Both the position numbers and the translations under genes were made by a program. From Lingula anatina (lineage: Eukaryota; Animalia; Brachiopoda), in assembly GCA_051362555.1 (NCBI GenBank), contig JBPQGU010000016.1:3286001-3350000 (forward strand): a stretch of 64,000 nucleotides of DNA, in the 5' to 3' direction. Below the pieces are notes generated by a model. The model saw only the letters and a program-made list of their open reading frames with translations. It was not told the DNA's origin and searched no databases. Of the stretch, positions 42,601-57,911 are shown one piece after another (within the stretch, counting starts at the first letter, position 1; every line of letters begins with the position of its first letter).

Positions 42601-45600
42601 TGAAGAAAAAAATTTTTCAACCCTACCTGGCCAAAATTGAAGAAAACTGCCATATCCGGACCTTACGAAAATCACTCAAAATCACCCAAAAATGACCCGT
42701 CACCAAATTTTCCAAAAAGTGATGAAAATCAATCTACCACACCTGTCATTCATAAAAAATGTGGAAACGCGCCCGGATCACTTCATTAAAGCCCCCAATT
42801 TCAGCTTTAAAGATGGCCAAAAAGCACACCTGAGAACAGGATTTGGAGAGAGGGGGGGTGGAGAGAGTTTTTGCTCTATTTCTTCCTTAATAATGACACA
42901 ACCACTCTTCCAGCACTTTATTCTGACTACAAATGACCAAACACACCTACCAGACACTATAATGAAGAAAAAAATTTTTCAACCCTACCTGGCCAAAATT
43001 GAAGAAAACTGCCATATCCGGACCTTACGAAAATCACTCAAAATCACCCAAAAATGACCCGTCACCAAATTTTCCAAAAAGTGATGAAAATCAATCTACC
43101 ACACCTGTCATTCATAAAAAATGTGGAAACGCGCCCGGATCACTTCATTAAAGCCCCCAATTTCAGCTTTAAAGATGGCCAAAAAGCACACCTGAGAACA
43201 GGATTTGGAGAGAGGGGGGGTGGAGAGAGTTTTTGCTCTATTTCTTCCTTAATAATGACACAACCACTCTTCCAGCACTTTATTCTGACTACAAATGACC
43301 AAACACACCTCCCAGACACTATAATGAAGAAAAAAATTTTTCAACCCTACCTGGCCAAAATTGAAGAAAACTGCCATATCCGGACCTTACGAAAATCACT
43401 CAAAATCACCCAAAAATGACCCGTCACCAAATTTTCCAAAAAGTGATGAAAATCAATCTACCACACCTGTCATTCATAAAAAATGTGGAAACGCGCCCGG
43501 ATCACTTCATTAAAGCCCCCAATTTCAGCTTTAAAGATGGCCAAAAAGCACACCTGAGAACAGGATTTGGAGAGAGGGGGGGTGGAGAGAGTTTTTGCTC
43601 TATTTCTTCCTTAATAATGACACAACCACTCTTCCAGCACTTTATTCTGACTACAAATGACCAAACACACCTACCAGACACTATAATGAAGAAAAAAATT
43701 TTTCAACCCTACCTGGCCAAAATTGAAGAAAACTGCCATATCCGGACCTTACGAAAATCACTCAAAATCACCCAAAAATGACCCGTCACCAAATTTTCCA
43801 AAAAGTGATGAAAATCAATCTACCACACCTGTCATTCATAAAAAATGTGGAAACGCGCCCGGATCACTTCATTAAAGCCCCCAATTTCAGCTTTAAAGAT
43901 GGCCAAAAAGCACACCTGAGAACAGGATTTGGAGAGAGGGGGGGTGGAGAGAGTTTTTGCTCTATTTCTTCCGTAATAATGACACAACCACTCTTCCAGC
44001 ACTTTATTCTGACTACAAATGACCAAACACACCTACCAGACACTATAATGAAGAAAAAAATTTTTCAACCCTACCTGGCCAAAATTGAAGAAAACTGCCA
44101 TATCCGGACCTTACGAAAATCACTCAAAATCACCCAAAAATGACCCGTCACCAAATTTTCCAAAAAGTGATGAAAATCAATCTACCACACCTGTCATTCA
44201 TAAAAAATGTGGAAACGCGCCCGGATCACTTCATTTAAGCCCCCAATTTCAGCTTTAAAGATGGCCAAAAAGCACACCTGAGAACAGGATTTGGAGAGAG
44301 GGGGGGTGGAGAGAGTTTTTGCTCTATTTCTTCCTTAATAATGACACAACCACTCTTCCAGCACTTTATTCTGACTACAAATGACCAAACACACCTACCA
44401 GACACTATAATGAAGAAAAAAATTTTTCAACCCTACCTGGCCAAAATTGAAGAAAACTGCCATATCCGGACCTTACGAAAACACTCAAAATCACCCAAAA
44501 ATGACCCGTCACCAAATTTTCCAAAAAGTGATGAAAATCAATCTACCACACCTGTCATTCATAAAAAATGTGGAAACGCGCCCAGATCACTTCATTAAAG
44601 CCCCCAATTTCAGCTTTAAAGATGGCCAAAAAGCACACCTGAGAACAGGATTTGGAGAGAGGGGGGGTGGAGAGAGTTTTTGCTCTATTTCTTCCTTAAT
44701 AATGACACAACCACTCTTCCAGCACTTTATTCTGACTACAAATGACCAAACACACCTACCAGACACTATAATGAAGAAAAAAATTTTTCAACCCTACCTG
44801 GCCAAAATTGAAGAAAACTGCCATATCCGGACCTTACGAAAATCACTCAAAATCACCCAAAAATGACCCGTCACCAAATTTTCCAAAAAGTGATGAAAAT
44901 CAATCTACCACACCTGTCATTCATAAAAAATGTGGAAACGCGCCCGGATCACTTCATTAAAGCCCCCAATTTCAGCTTTAAAGATGGCCAAAAAGCACAC
45001 CTGAGAACAGGATTTGGAGAGAGGGGGGGGTGGAGAGAGTTTTTGCTCTATTTCTTCCTTAATAATGACACAACCACTCTTCCAGCACTTTATTCTGACT
45101 ACAAATGACCAAACACACCTACCAGACACTATAATGAAGAAAAAAATTTTTCAACCCTACCTGGCCAAAATTGAAGAAAACTGCCATATCCGGACCTTAC
45201 GAAAATCACTCAAAATCACCCAAAAATGACCCGTCACCAAATTTTCCAAAAAGTGATGAAAATCAATCTACCACACCTGTCATTCATAAAAAATGTGGAA
45301 ACGCGCCCGGATCACTTCATTAAAGCCCCCAATTTCAGCTTTAAAGATGGCCAAAAAGCACACCTGAGAACAGGATTTGGAGAGAGGGGGGGGTGGAGAG
45401 AGTTTTTGCTCTATTTCTTCCTTAATAATGACACAACCACTCTTCCAGCACTTTATTCTGACTACAAATGACCAAACACACCTACCAGACACTATAATGA
45501 AGAAAAAAATTTTTCAACCCTACCTGGCCAAAATTGAAGAAAACTGCCATATCCGGACCTTACGAAAATCACTCAAAATCACCCAAAAATGACCCGTCAC

Positions 45601-45953
45601 CAAATTTTCCAAAAAGTGATGAAAATCAATCTACCACACCTGTCATTCATAAAAAATGTGGAAACGCGCCCGGATCACTTCATTAAAGCCCCCAATTTCA
45701 GCTTTAAAGATGGCCAAAAAGCACACCTGAGAACAGGATTTGGAGAGAGGGGGGGGGGTGGAGAGAGTTTTTGCTCTATTTCTTCCTTAATAATGACACA
45801 ACCACTCTTCCAGCACTTTATTCTGACTACAAATGACCAAACACACCTACCAGACACTATAATGAAGAAAAAAATTTTTCAACCCTACCTGGCCAAAATT
45901 GAAGAAAACTGCCATATCCGGACCTTACGAAAATCACTCAAAATCACCCAAAA

Positions 45954-48134
45954 ATGACCCGTCACCAAATTTTCCAAAAAGTGATGAAAATCAATCTACC
46001 ACACCTGTCATTCATAAAAAATGTGGAAACGCGCCCGGATCACTTCATTAAAGCCCCCAATTTCAGCTTTGAAGATGGCCAAAAAGCACACCTGAGAACA
46101 GGATTTGGAGAGAGGGGGGGGTGGAGAGAGTTTTTGCTCTATTTCTTCCTTAATAATGACACAACCACTCTTCCAGCACTTTATTCTGACTACAAATGAC
46201 CAAACACACCTACCAGACACTATAATGAAGAAAAAAATTTTTCAACCCTACCTGGCCAAAATTGAAGAAAACTGCCATATCCGGACCTTACGAAAATCAC
46301 TCAAAATCACCCAAAAATGACCCGTCACCAAATTTTCCAAAAAGTGATGAAAATCAATCTACCACACCTGTCATTCATAAAAAATGTGGAAACGCGCCCG
46401 GATCACTTCATTAAAGCCCCCAATTTCAGCTTTAAAGATGGCCAAAAAGCACACCTGAGAACAGGATTTGGAGAGAGGGGGGGGGTGGAGAGAGTTTTTG
46501 CTCTATTTCTTCCTTAATAATGACACAACCACTCTTCCAGCACTTTATTCTGACTACAAATGACCAAACACACCTACCAGACACTATAATGAAGAAAAAA
46601 ATTTTTCAACCCTACCTGGCCAAAATTGAAGAAAACTGCCATATCCGGACCTTACGAAAATCACTCAAAATCACCCAAAAATGACCCGTCACCAAATTTT
46701 CCAAAAAGTGATGAAAATCAATCTACCACACCTGTCATTCATAAAAAATGTGGAAACGCGCCCGGATCACTTCATTAAAGCCCCCAATTTCAGCTTTAAA
46801 GATGGCCAAAAAGCACACCTGAGAACAGGATTTGGAGAGAGGGGGGGGTGGAGAGAGTTTTTGCTCTATTTCTTCCTTAATAATGACACAACCACTCTTC
46901 CAGCACTTTATTCTGACTACAAATGACCAAACACACCTACCAGACACTATAATGAAGAAAAAAATTTTTCAACCCTACCTGGCCAAAATTGAAGAAAACT
47001 GCCATATCCGGACCTTACGAAAATCACTCAAAATCACCCAAAAATGACCCGTCACCAAATTTTCCAAAAAGTGATGAAAATCAATCTACCACACCTGTCA
47101 TTCATAAAAAATGTGGAAACGCGCCCGGATCACTTCATTAAAGCCCCCAATTTCAGCTTTAAAGATGGCCAAAAAGCACACCTGAGAACAGGATTTGGAG
47201 AGAGGGGGGGGGTGGAGAGAGTTTTTGCTCTATTTCTTCCTTAATAATGACACAACCACTCTTCCAGCACTTTATTCTGACTACAAATGACCAAACACAC
47301 CTACCAGACACTATAATGAAGAAAAAAATTTTTCAACCCTACCTGGCCAAAATTGAAGAAAACTGCCATATCCGGACCTTACGAAAATCACTCAAAATCA
47401 CCCAAAAATGACCCGTCACCAAATTTTCCAAAAAGTGATGAAAATCAATCTACCACACCTGTCATTCATAAAAAATGTGGAAACGCGCCCGGATCACTTC
47501 ATTAAAGCCCCCAATTTCAGCTTTGAAGATGGCCAAAAAGCACACCTGAGAACAGGATTTGGAGAGAGGGGGGGGTGGAGAGAGTTTTTGCTCTATTTCT
47601 TCCTTAATAATGACACAACCACTCTTCCAGCACTTTATTCTGACTACAAATGACCAAACACACCTACCAGACACTATAATGAAGAAAAAAATTTTTCAAC
47701 CCTACCTGGCCAAAATTGAAGAAAACTGCCATATCCGGACCTTACGAAAATCACTCAAAATCACCCAAAAATGACCCGTCACCAAATTTTCCAAAAAGTG
47801 ATGAAAATCAATCTACCACACCTGTCATTCATAAAAAATGTGGAAACGCGCCCGGATCACTTCATTAAAGCCCCCAATTTCAGCTTTAAAGATGGCCAAA
47901 AAGCACACCTGAGAACAGGATTTGGAGAGAGGGGGGGGGTGGAGAGAGTTTTTGCTCTATTTCTTCCTTAATAATGACACAACCACTCTTCCAGCACTTT
48001 ATTCTGACTACAAATGACCAAACACACCTACCAGACACTATAATGAAGAAAAAAATTTTTCAACCCTACCTGGCCAAAATTGAAGAAAACTGCCATATCC
48101 GGACCTTACGAAAATCACTCAAAATCACCCAAAA
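45954..48134. repeat. Nascent 4-monomer higher-order repeat (period 1454 bp, ~1.5 copies)
   Basis: The same A>G variant (ctttGaagat) occurs at 46071 and 47525, and G-tracts run G8,G9,G8,G9,G8,G9 in register. Confidence 0.75.
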
Positions 48135-51100
48135 ATGACCCGTCACCAAATTTTCCAAAAAGTGATGAAAATCAATCTACCACACCTGTCATTCATAAAA
48201 AATGTGGAAACGCGCCCGGATCACTTCATTAAAGCCCCCAATTTCAGCTTTAAAGATGGCCAAAAAGCACACCTGAGAACAGGATTTGGAGAGAGGGGGG
48301 GTGGAGAGAGTTTTTGCTCTATTTCTTCCTTAATAATGACACAACCACTCTTCCAGCACTTTATTCTGACTACAAATGACCAAACACACCTACCAGACAC
48401 TATAATGAAGAAAAAAATTTTTCAACCCTACCTGGCCAAAATTGAAGAAAACTGCCATATCCGGACCTTACGAAAATCACTCAAAATCACCCAAAAATGA
48501 CCCGTCACCAAATTTTCCAAAAAGTGATGAAAATCAATCTACCACACCTGTCATTCATAAAAAATGTGGAAACGCGCCCGGATCACTTCATTAAAGCCCC
48601 CAATTTCAGCTTTAAAGATGGCCAAAAAGCACACCTGAGAACAGGATTTGGAGAGAGGGGGGGTGGAGAGAGTTTTTGCTCTATTTCTTCCTTAATAATG
48701 ACACAACCACTCTTCCAGCACTTTATTCTGACTACAAATGACCAAACACACCTACCAGACACTATAATGAAGAAAAAAATTTTTCAACCCTACCTGGCCA
48801 AAATTGAAGAAAACTGCCATATCCGGACCTTACGAAAATCACTCAAAATCACCCAAAAATGACCCGTCACCAAATTTTCCAAAAAGTGATGAAAATCAAT
48901 CTACCACACCTGTCATTCATAAAAAATGTGGAAACGCGCCCGGATCACTTCATTAAAGCCCCCAATTTCAGCTTTAAAGATGGCCAAAAAGCACACCTGA
49001 GAACAGGATTTGGAGAGAGGGGGGGTGGAGAGAGTTTTTGCTCTATTTCTTCCTTAATAATGACACAACCACTCTTCCAGCACTTTATTCTGACTACAAA
49101 TGACCAAACACACCTACCAGACACTATAATGAAGAAAAAAATTTTTCAACCCTACCTGGCCAAAATTGAAGAAAACTGCCATATCCGGACCTTACGAAAA
49201 TCACTCAAAATCACCCAAAAATGACCCGTCACCAAATTTTCCAAAAAGTGATGAAAATCAATCTACCACACCTGTCATTCATAAAAAATGTGGAAACGCG
49301 CCCGGATCACTTCATTAAAGCCCCCAATTTCAGCTTTAAAGATGGCCAAAAAGCACACCTGAGAACAGGATTTGGAGAGAGGGGGGGTGGAGAGAGTTTT
49401 TGCTCTATTTCTTCCTTAATAATGACACAACCACTCTTCCAGCACTTTATTCTGACTACAAATGACCAAACACACCTACCAGACACTATAATGAAGAAAA
49501 AAATTTTTCAACCCTACCTGGCCAAAATTGAAGAAAACTGCCATATCCGGACCTTACGAAAATCACTCAAAATCACCCAAAAATGACCCGTCACCAAATT
49601 TTCCAAAAAGTGATGAAAATCAATCTACCACACCTGTCATTCATAAAAAATGTGGAAACGCGCCCGGATCACTTCATTAAAGCCCCCAATTTCAGCTTTA
49701 AAGATGGCCAAAAAGCACACCTGAGAACAGGATTTGGAGAGAGGGGGGGGTGGAGAGAGTTTTTGCTCTATTTCTTCCTTAATAATGACACAACCACTCT
49801 TCCAGCACTTTATTCTGACTACAAATGACCAAACACACCTACCAGACACTATAATGAAGAAAAAAATTTTTCAACCCTACCTGGCCAAAATTGAAGAAAA
49901 CTGCCATATCCGGACCTTACGAAAATCACTCAAAATCACCCAAAAATGACCCGTCACCAAATTTTCCAAATAGTGATGAAAATCAATCTACCACACCTGT
50001 CATTCATAAAAAATGTGGAAACGCGCCCGGATCACTTCATTAAAGCCCCCAATTTCAGCTTTAAAGATGGCCAAAAAGCACACCTGAGAACAGGATTTGG
50101 AGAGAGGGGGGGTGGAGAGAGTTTTTGCTCTATTTCTTCCTTAATAATGACACAACCACTCTTCCAGCACTTTATTCTGACTACAAATGACCAAACACAC
50201 CTACCAGACACTATAATGAAGAAAAAAATTTTTCAACCCTACCTGGCCAAAATTGAAGAAAACTGCCATATCCGGACCTTACGAAAATCACTCAAAATCA
50301 CCCAAAAATGACCCGTCACCAAATTTTCCAAAAAGTGATGAAAATCAATCTACCACACCTGTCATTAATAAAAAATGTGGAAACGCGCCCGGATCACTTC
50401 ATTAAAGCCCCCAATTTCAGCTTTAAAGATGGCCAAAAAGCACACCTGAGAACAGGATTTGGAGAGAGGGGGGGTGGAGAGAGTTTTTGCTCTATTTCTT
50501 CCTTAATAATGACACAACCACTCTTCCAGCACTTTATTCTGACTACAAATGACCAAACACACCTACCAGACACTATAATGAAGAAAAAAATTTTTCAACC
50601 CTACCTGGCCAAAATTGAAGAAAACTGCCATATCCGGACCTTACGAAAATCACTCAAAATCACCCAAAAATGACCCGTCACCAAATTTTCCAAAAAGTGA
50701 TGAAAATCAATCTACCACACCTGTCATTCATAAAAAATGTGGAAACGCGCCCGGATCACTTCATTAAAGCCCCCAATTTCAGCTTTAAAGATGGCCAAAA
50801 AGCACACCTGAGAACAGGATTTGGAGAGAGGGGGGGTGGAGAGAGTTTTTGCTCTATTTCTTCCTTAATAATGACACAACCACTCTTCCAGCACTTTATT
50901 CTGACTACAAATGACCAAACACACCTACCAGACACTATAATGAAGAAAAAAATTTTTCAACCCTACCTGGCCAAAATTGAAGAAAACTGCCATATCCGGA
51001 CCTTACGAAAATCACTCAAAATCACCCAAAAATGACCCGTCACCAAATTTTCCAAAAAGTGATGAAAATCAATCTACCACACCTGTCATTCATAAAAAAT

Positions 51101-54100
51101 GTGGAAACGCGCCCGGATCACTTCATTAAAGCCCCCAATTTCAGCTTTAAAGATGGCCAAAAAGCACACCTGAGAACAGGATTTGGAGAGAGGGGGGGTG
51201 GAGAGAGTTTTTGCTCTATTTCTTCCTTAATAATGACACAACCACTCTTCCAGCACTTTATTCTGACTACAAATGACCAAACACACCTACCAGACACTAT
51301 AATGAAGAAAAAAATTTTTCAACCCTACCTGGCCAAAATTGAAGAAAACTGCCATATCCGGACCTTACGAAAATCACTCAAAATCACCCAAAAATGACCC
51401 GTCACCAAATTTTCCAAAAAGTGATGAAAATCAATCTACCACACCTGTCATTCATAAAAAATGTGGAAACGCGCCCGGATCACTTCATTAAAGCCCCCAA
51501 TTTCAGCTTTAAAGATGGCCAAAAAGCACACCTGAGAACAGGATTTGGAGAGAGGGGGGGGTGGAGAGAGTTTTTGCTCTATTTCTTCCTTAATAATGAC
51601 ACAACCACTCTTCCAGCACTTTATTCTGACTACAAATGACCAAACACACCTACCAGACACTATAATGAAGAAAAAAATTTTTCAACCCTACCTGGCCAAA
51701 ATTGAAGAAAACTGCCATATCCGGACCTTACGAAAATCACTCAAAATCACCCAAAAATGACCCGTCACCAAATTTTCCAAAAAGTGATGAAAATCAATCT
51801 ACCACACCTGTCATTCATAAAAAATGTGGAAACGCGCCCGGATCACTTCATTAAAGCCCCCAATTTCAGCTTTAAAGATGGCCAAAAAGCACACCTGAGA
51901 ACAGGATTTGGAGAGAGGGGGGGTGGAGAGAGTTTTTGCTCTATTTCTTCCTTAATAATGACACAACCACTCTTCCAGCACTTTATTCTGACTACAAATG
52001 ACCAAACACACCTACCAGACACTATAATGAAGAAAAAAATTTTTCAACCCTACCTGGCCAAAATTGAAGAAAACTGCCATATCCGGACCTTACGAAAATC
52101 ACTCAAAATCACCCAAAAATGACCCGTCACCAAATTTTCCAAAAAGTGATGAAAATCAATCTACCACACCTGTCATTCATAAAAAATGTGGAAACGCGCC
52201 CGGATCACTTCATTAAAGCCCCCAATTTCAGCTTTAAAGATGGCCAAAAAGCACACCTGAGAACAGGATTTGGAGAGAGGGGGGGTGGAGAGAGTTTTTG
52301 CTCTATTTCTTCCTTAATAATGACACAACCACTCTTCCAGCACTTTATTCTGACTACAAATGACCAAACACACCTACCAGACACTATAATGAAGAAAAAA
52401 ATTTTTCAACCCTACCTGGCCAAAATTGAAGAAAACTGCCATATCCGGACCTTACGAAAATCACTCAAGATCACCCAAAAATGACCCGTCACCAAATTTT
52501 CCAAAAAGTGATGAAAATCAATCTACCACACCTGTCATTCATAAAAAATGTGGAAACGCGCCCGGATCACTTCATTAAAGCCCCCAATTTCAGCTTTAAA
52601 GATGGCCAAAAAGCACACCTGAGAACAGGATTTGGAGAGAGGGGGGGTGGAGAGAGTTTTTGCTCTATTTCTTCCTTAATAATGACACAACCACTCTTCC
52701 AGCACTTTATTCTGACTACAAATGACCAAACACACCTACCAGACACTATAATGAAGAAAAAAATTTTTCAACCCTACCTGGCCAAAATTGAAGAAAACTG
52801 CCATATCCGGACCTTACGAAAATCACTCAAAATCACCCAAAAATGACCCGTCACCAAATTTTCCAAAAAGTGATGAAAATCAATCTACCACACCTGTCAT
52901 TCATAAAAAATGTGGAAATGCGCCCGGATCACTTCATTAAAGCCCCCAATTTCAGCTTTAAAGATGGCCAAAAAGCACACCTGAGAACAGGATTTGGAGA
53001 GAGGGGGGGTGGAGAGAGTTTTTGCTCTATTTCTTCCTTAATAATGACACAACCACTCTTCCAGCACTTTATTCTGACTACAAATGACCAAACACACCTA
53101 CCAGACACTATAATGAAGAAAAAAATTTTTCAACCCTACCTGGCCAAAATTGAAGAAAACTGCCATATCCGGACCTTACGAAAATCACTCAAAATCACCC
53201 AAAAATGACCCGTCACCAAATTTTCCAAAAAGTGATGAAAATCAATCTACCACACCTGTCATTCATAAAAAATGTGGAAACGCGCCCGGATCACTTCATT
53301 AAAGCCCCCAATTTCAGCTTTAAAGATGGCCAAAAAGCACACCTGAGAACAAGATTTGGAGAGAGGGGGGGTGGAGAGAGTTTTTGCTCTATTTCTTCCT
53401 TAATAATGACACAACCACTCTTCCAGCACTTTATTCTGACTACAAATGACCAAACACACCTACCAGACACTATAATGAAGAAAAAAATTTTTCAACCCTA
53501 CCTGGCCAAAATTGAAGAAAACTGCCATATCCGGACCTTACGAAAATCACTCAAAATCACCCAAAAATGACCCGTCACCAAATTTTCCAAAAAGTGATGA
53601 AAATCAATCTACCACACCTGTCATTCATAAAAAATGTGGAAACGCGCCCGGATCACTTCATTAAAGCCCCCAATTTCAGCTTTAAAGATGGCCAAAAAGC
53701 ACACCTGAGAACAGGATTTGGAGAGAGGGGGGGTGGAGAGAGTTTTTGCTCTATTTCTTCCTTAATAATGACACAACCACTCTTCCAGCACTTTATTCTG
53801 ACTACAAATGACCAAACACACCTACCAGACACTATAATGAAGAAAAAAATTTTTCAACCCTACCTGGCCAAAATTGAAGAAAACTGCCATATCCGGACCT
53901 TACGAAAATCACTCAAAATCACCCAAAAATGACCCGTCACCAAATTTTCCAAAAAGTGATGAAAATCAATCTACCACACCTGTCATTCATAAAAAATGTG
54001 GAAACGCGCCCGGATCACTTCATTAAAGCCCCCAATTTCAGCTTTAAAGATGGCCAAAAAGCACACCTGAGAACAGGATTTGGAGAGAGGGGGGGTGGAG

Positions 54101-56825
54101 AGAGTTTTTGCTCTATTTCTTCCTTAATAATGACACAACCACTCTTCCAGCACTTTATTCTGACTACAAATGACCAAACACACCTACCAGACACTATAAT
54201 GAAGAAAAAAATTTTTCAACCCTACCTGGCCAAAATTGAAGAAAACTGCCATATCCGGACCTTACGAAAATCACTCAAAATCACCCAAAAATGACCCGTC
54301 ACCAAATTTTCCAAAAAGTGATGAAAATCAATCTACCACACCTGTCATTCATAAAAAATGTGGAAACGCGCCCGGATCACTTCATTAAAGCCCCCAATTT
54401 CAGCTTTAAAGATGGCCAAAAAGCACACCTGAGAACAGGATTTGGAGAGAGGGGGGGTGGAGAGAGTTTTTGCTCTATTTCTTCCTTAATAATGACACAA
54501 CCACTCTTCCAGCACTTTATTCTGACTACAAATGACCAAACACACCTACCAGACACTATAATGAAGAAAAAAATTTTTCAACCCTACCTGGCCAAAATTG
54601 AAGAAAACTGCCATATCCGGACCTTACGAAAATCACTCAAAATCACCCAAAAATGACCCGTCACCAAATTTTCCAAAAAGTGATGAAAATCAATCTACCA
54701 CACCTGTCATTCATAAAAAATGTGGAAACGCGCCCGGATCACTTCATTAAAGCCCCCAATTTCAGCTTTAAAGATGGCCAAAAAGCACACCTGAGAACAG
54801 GATTTGGAGAGAGGGGGGGTGGAGAGAGTTTTTGCTCTATTTCTTCCTTAATAATGACACAACCACTCTTCCAGCACTTTATTCTGACTACAAATGACCA
54901 AACACACCTACCAGACACTATAATGAAGAAAAAAATTTTTCAACCCTACCTGGCCAAAATTGAAGAAAACTGCCATATCCGGACCTTACGAAAATCACTC
55001 AAAATCACCCAAAAATGACCCGTCACCAAATTTTCCAAAAAGTGATGAAAATCAATCTACCACACCTGTCATTCATAAAAAATATGGAAACGCGCCCGGA
55101 TCACTTCATTAAAGCCCCCAATTTCAGCTTTAAAGATGGCCAAAAAGCACACCTGAGAACAGGATTTGGAGAGAGGGGGGGTGGAGAGAGTTTTTGCTCT
55201 ATTTCTTCCTTAATAATGACACAACCACTCTTCCAGCACTTTATTCTGACTACAAATGACCAAACACACCTACCAGACACTATAATGAAGAAAAAAATTT
55301 TTCAACCCTACCTGGCCAAAATTGAAGAAAACTGCCATATTCGGACCTTACGAAAATCACTCAAAATCACCCAAAAATGACCCGTCACCAAATTTTCCAA
55401 AAAGTGATGAAAATCAATCTACCACACCTGTCATTCATAAAAAATGTGGAAACGCGCCCGGATCACTTCATTAAAGCCCCCAATTTCAGCTTTAAAGATG
55501 GCCAAAAAGCACACCTGAGAACAGGATTTGGAGAGAGGGGGGGTGGAGAGAGTTTTTGCTCTATTTCTTCCTTAATAATGACACAACCACTCTTCCAGCA
55601 CTTTATTCTGACTACAAATGACCAAACACACCTACCAGACACTATAATGAAGAAAAAAATTTTTCAACCCTACCTGGCCAAAATTGAAGAAAACTGCCAT
55701 ATCCGGACCTTACGAAAATCACTCAAAATCACCCAAAAATGACCCGTCACCAATTTTTCCAAAAAGTGATGAAAATCAATCTACCACACCTGTCATTCAT
55801 AAAAAATGTGGAAACGCGCCCGGATCACTTCATTAAAGCCCCCAATTTCAGCTTTAAAGATGGCCAAAAAGCACACCTGAGAACAGGATTTGGAGAGAGG
55901 GGGGGTGGAGAGAGTTTTTGCTCTATTTCTTCCTTAATAATGACACAACCACTCTTCCAGCACTTTATTCTGACTACAAATGACCAAACACACCTACCAG
56001 ACACTATAATGAAGAAAAAAATTTTTCAACCCTACCTGGCCAAAATTGAAGAAAACTGCCATATCCGGACCTTACGAAAATCACTCAAAATCACCCAAAA
56101 ATGACCCGTCACCAAATTTTCCAAAAAGTGATGAAAATCAATCTACCACACCTGTCATTCATAAAAAATGTGGAAACGCGCCCGGATCACTTCATTAAAG
56201 CCCCCAATTTCAGCTTTAAAGATGGCCAAAAAGCACACCTGAGAACAGGATTTGGAGAGAGGGGGGGGTGGAGAGAGTTTTTGCTCTATTTCTTCCTTAA
56301 TAATGACACAACCACTCTTCCAGCACTTTATTCTGACTACAAATGACCAAACACACCTACCAGACACTATAATGAAGAAAAAAATTTTTCAACCCTACCT
56401 GGCCAAAATTGAAGAAAACTGCCATATCCGGACCTTACGAAAATCACTCAAAATCACCCAAAAATGACCCGTCACCAAATTTTCCAAAAAGTGATGAAAA
56501 TCAATCTACCACACCTGTCATTCATAAAAAATGTGGAAACGCGCCCGGATCACTTCATTAAAGCCCCCAATTTCAGCTTTAAAGATGGCCAAAAAGCACA
56601 CCTGAGAACAGGATTTGGAGAGAGGGGGGGTGGAGAGAGTTTTTGCTCTATTTCTTCCTTAATAATGACACAACCACTCTTCCAGCACTTTATTCTGACT
56701 ACAAATGACCAAACACACCTACCAGACACTATAATAAAGAAAAAAATTTTTCAACCCTACCTGGCCAAAATTGAAGAAAACTGCCATATCCGGACCTTAC
56801 GAAAATCACTCAAAATCACCCAAAA

Positions 56826-57911
56826 ATGACCCGTCACCAAATTTTCCAAAAAGTGATGAAAATCAATCTACCACACCTGTCATTCATAAAAAATGTGGAA
56901 ACGCGCCCGGATCACTTCATTAAAGCCCCCAATTTCAGCTTTAAAGATGGCCAAAAAGCACACCTGAGAACAGGATTTGGAGAGAGGGGGGGTGGAGAGA
57001 GTTTTTGCTCTATTTCTTCCTTAATAATGACACAACCACTCTTCCAGCACTTTATTCTGACTACAAATGACCAAACACACCTACCAGACACGATAATGAA
57101 GAAAAAAATTTTTCAACCCTACCTGGCCAAAATTGAAGAAAACTGCCATATCCGGACCTTACGAAAATCACTCAAAATCACCCAAAAATGACCCGTCACC
57201 AAATTTTCCAAAAAGTGATGAAAATCAATCTACCACACCTGTCATTCATAAAAAATGTGGAAACGCGCCCGGATCACTTCATTAAAGCCCCCAATTTCAG
57301 CTTTAAAGATGGCCAAAAAGCACACCTGAGAACAGGATTTGGAGAGAGGGGGGGTGGAGAGAGTTTTTGCTCTATTTCTTCCTTAATAATGACACAACCA
57401 CTCTTCCAGCACTTTATTCTGACTACAAATGACCAAACACACCTACCAGACACTATAATGAAGAAAAAAATTTTTCAACCCTACCTGGCCAAAATTGAAG
57501 AAAACTGCCATATCCGGACCTTACGAAAATCACTCAAAATCACCCAAAAATGACCCGTCACCAAATTTTCCAAAAAGTGATGAAAATCAATCTACCACAC
57601 CTGTCATTCATAAAAAATGTGGAAACGCGCCCGGATCACTTCATTAAAGCCCCCAATTTCAGCTTTAAAGATGGCCAAAAAGCACACCTGAGAACAGGAT
57701 TTGGAGAGAGGGGGGATGGAGAGAGTTTTTGCTCTATTTCTTCCTTAATAATGACACAACCACTCTTCCAGCACTTTATTCTGACTACAAATGACCAAAC
57801 ACACCTACCAGACACGATAATGAAGAAAAAAATTTTTCAACCCTACCTGGCCAAAATTGAAGAAAACTGCCATATCCGGACCTTACGAAAATCACTCAAA
57901 ATCACCCAAAA
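56826..57911. repeat. 2-monomer duplication signature (724 bp)
   Basis: The same T>G variant (gacacGataat) occurs at 57092 and 57816 and is absent from the intervening copy. Confidence 0.6.
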
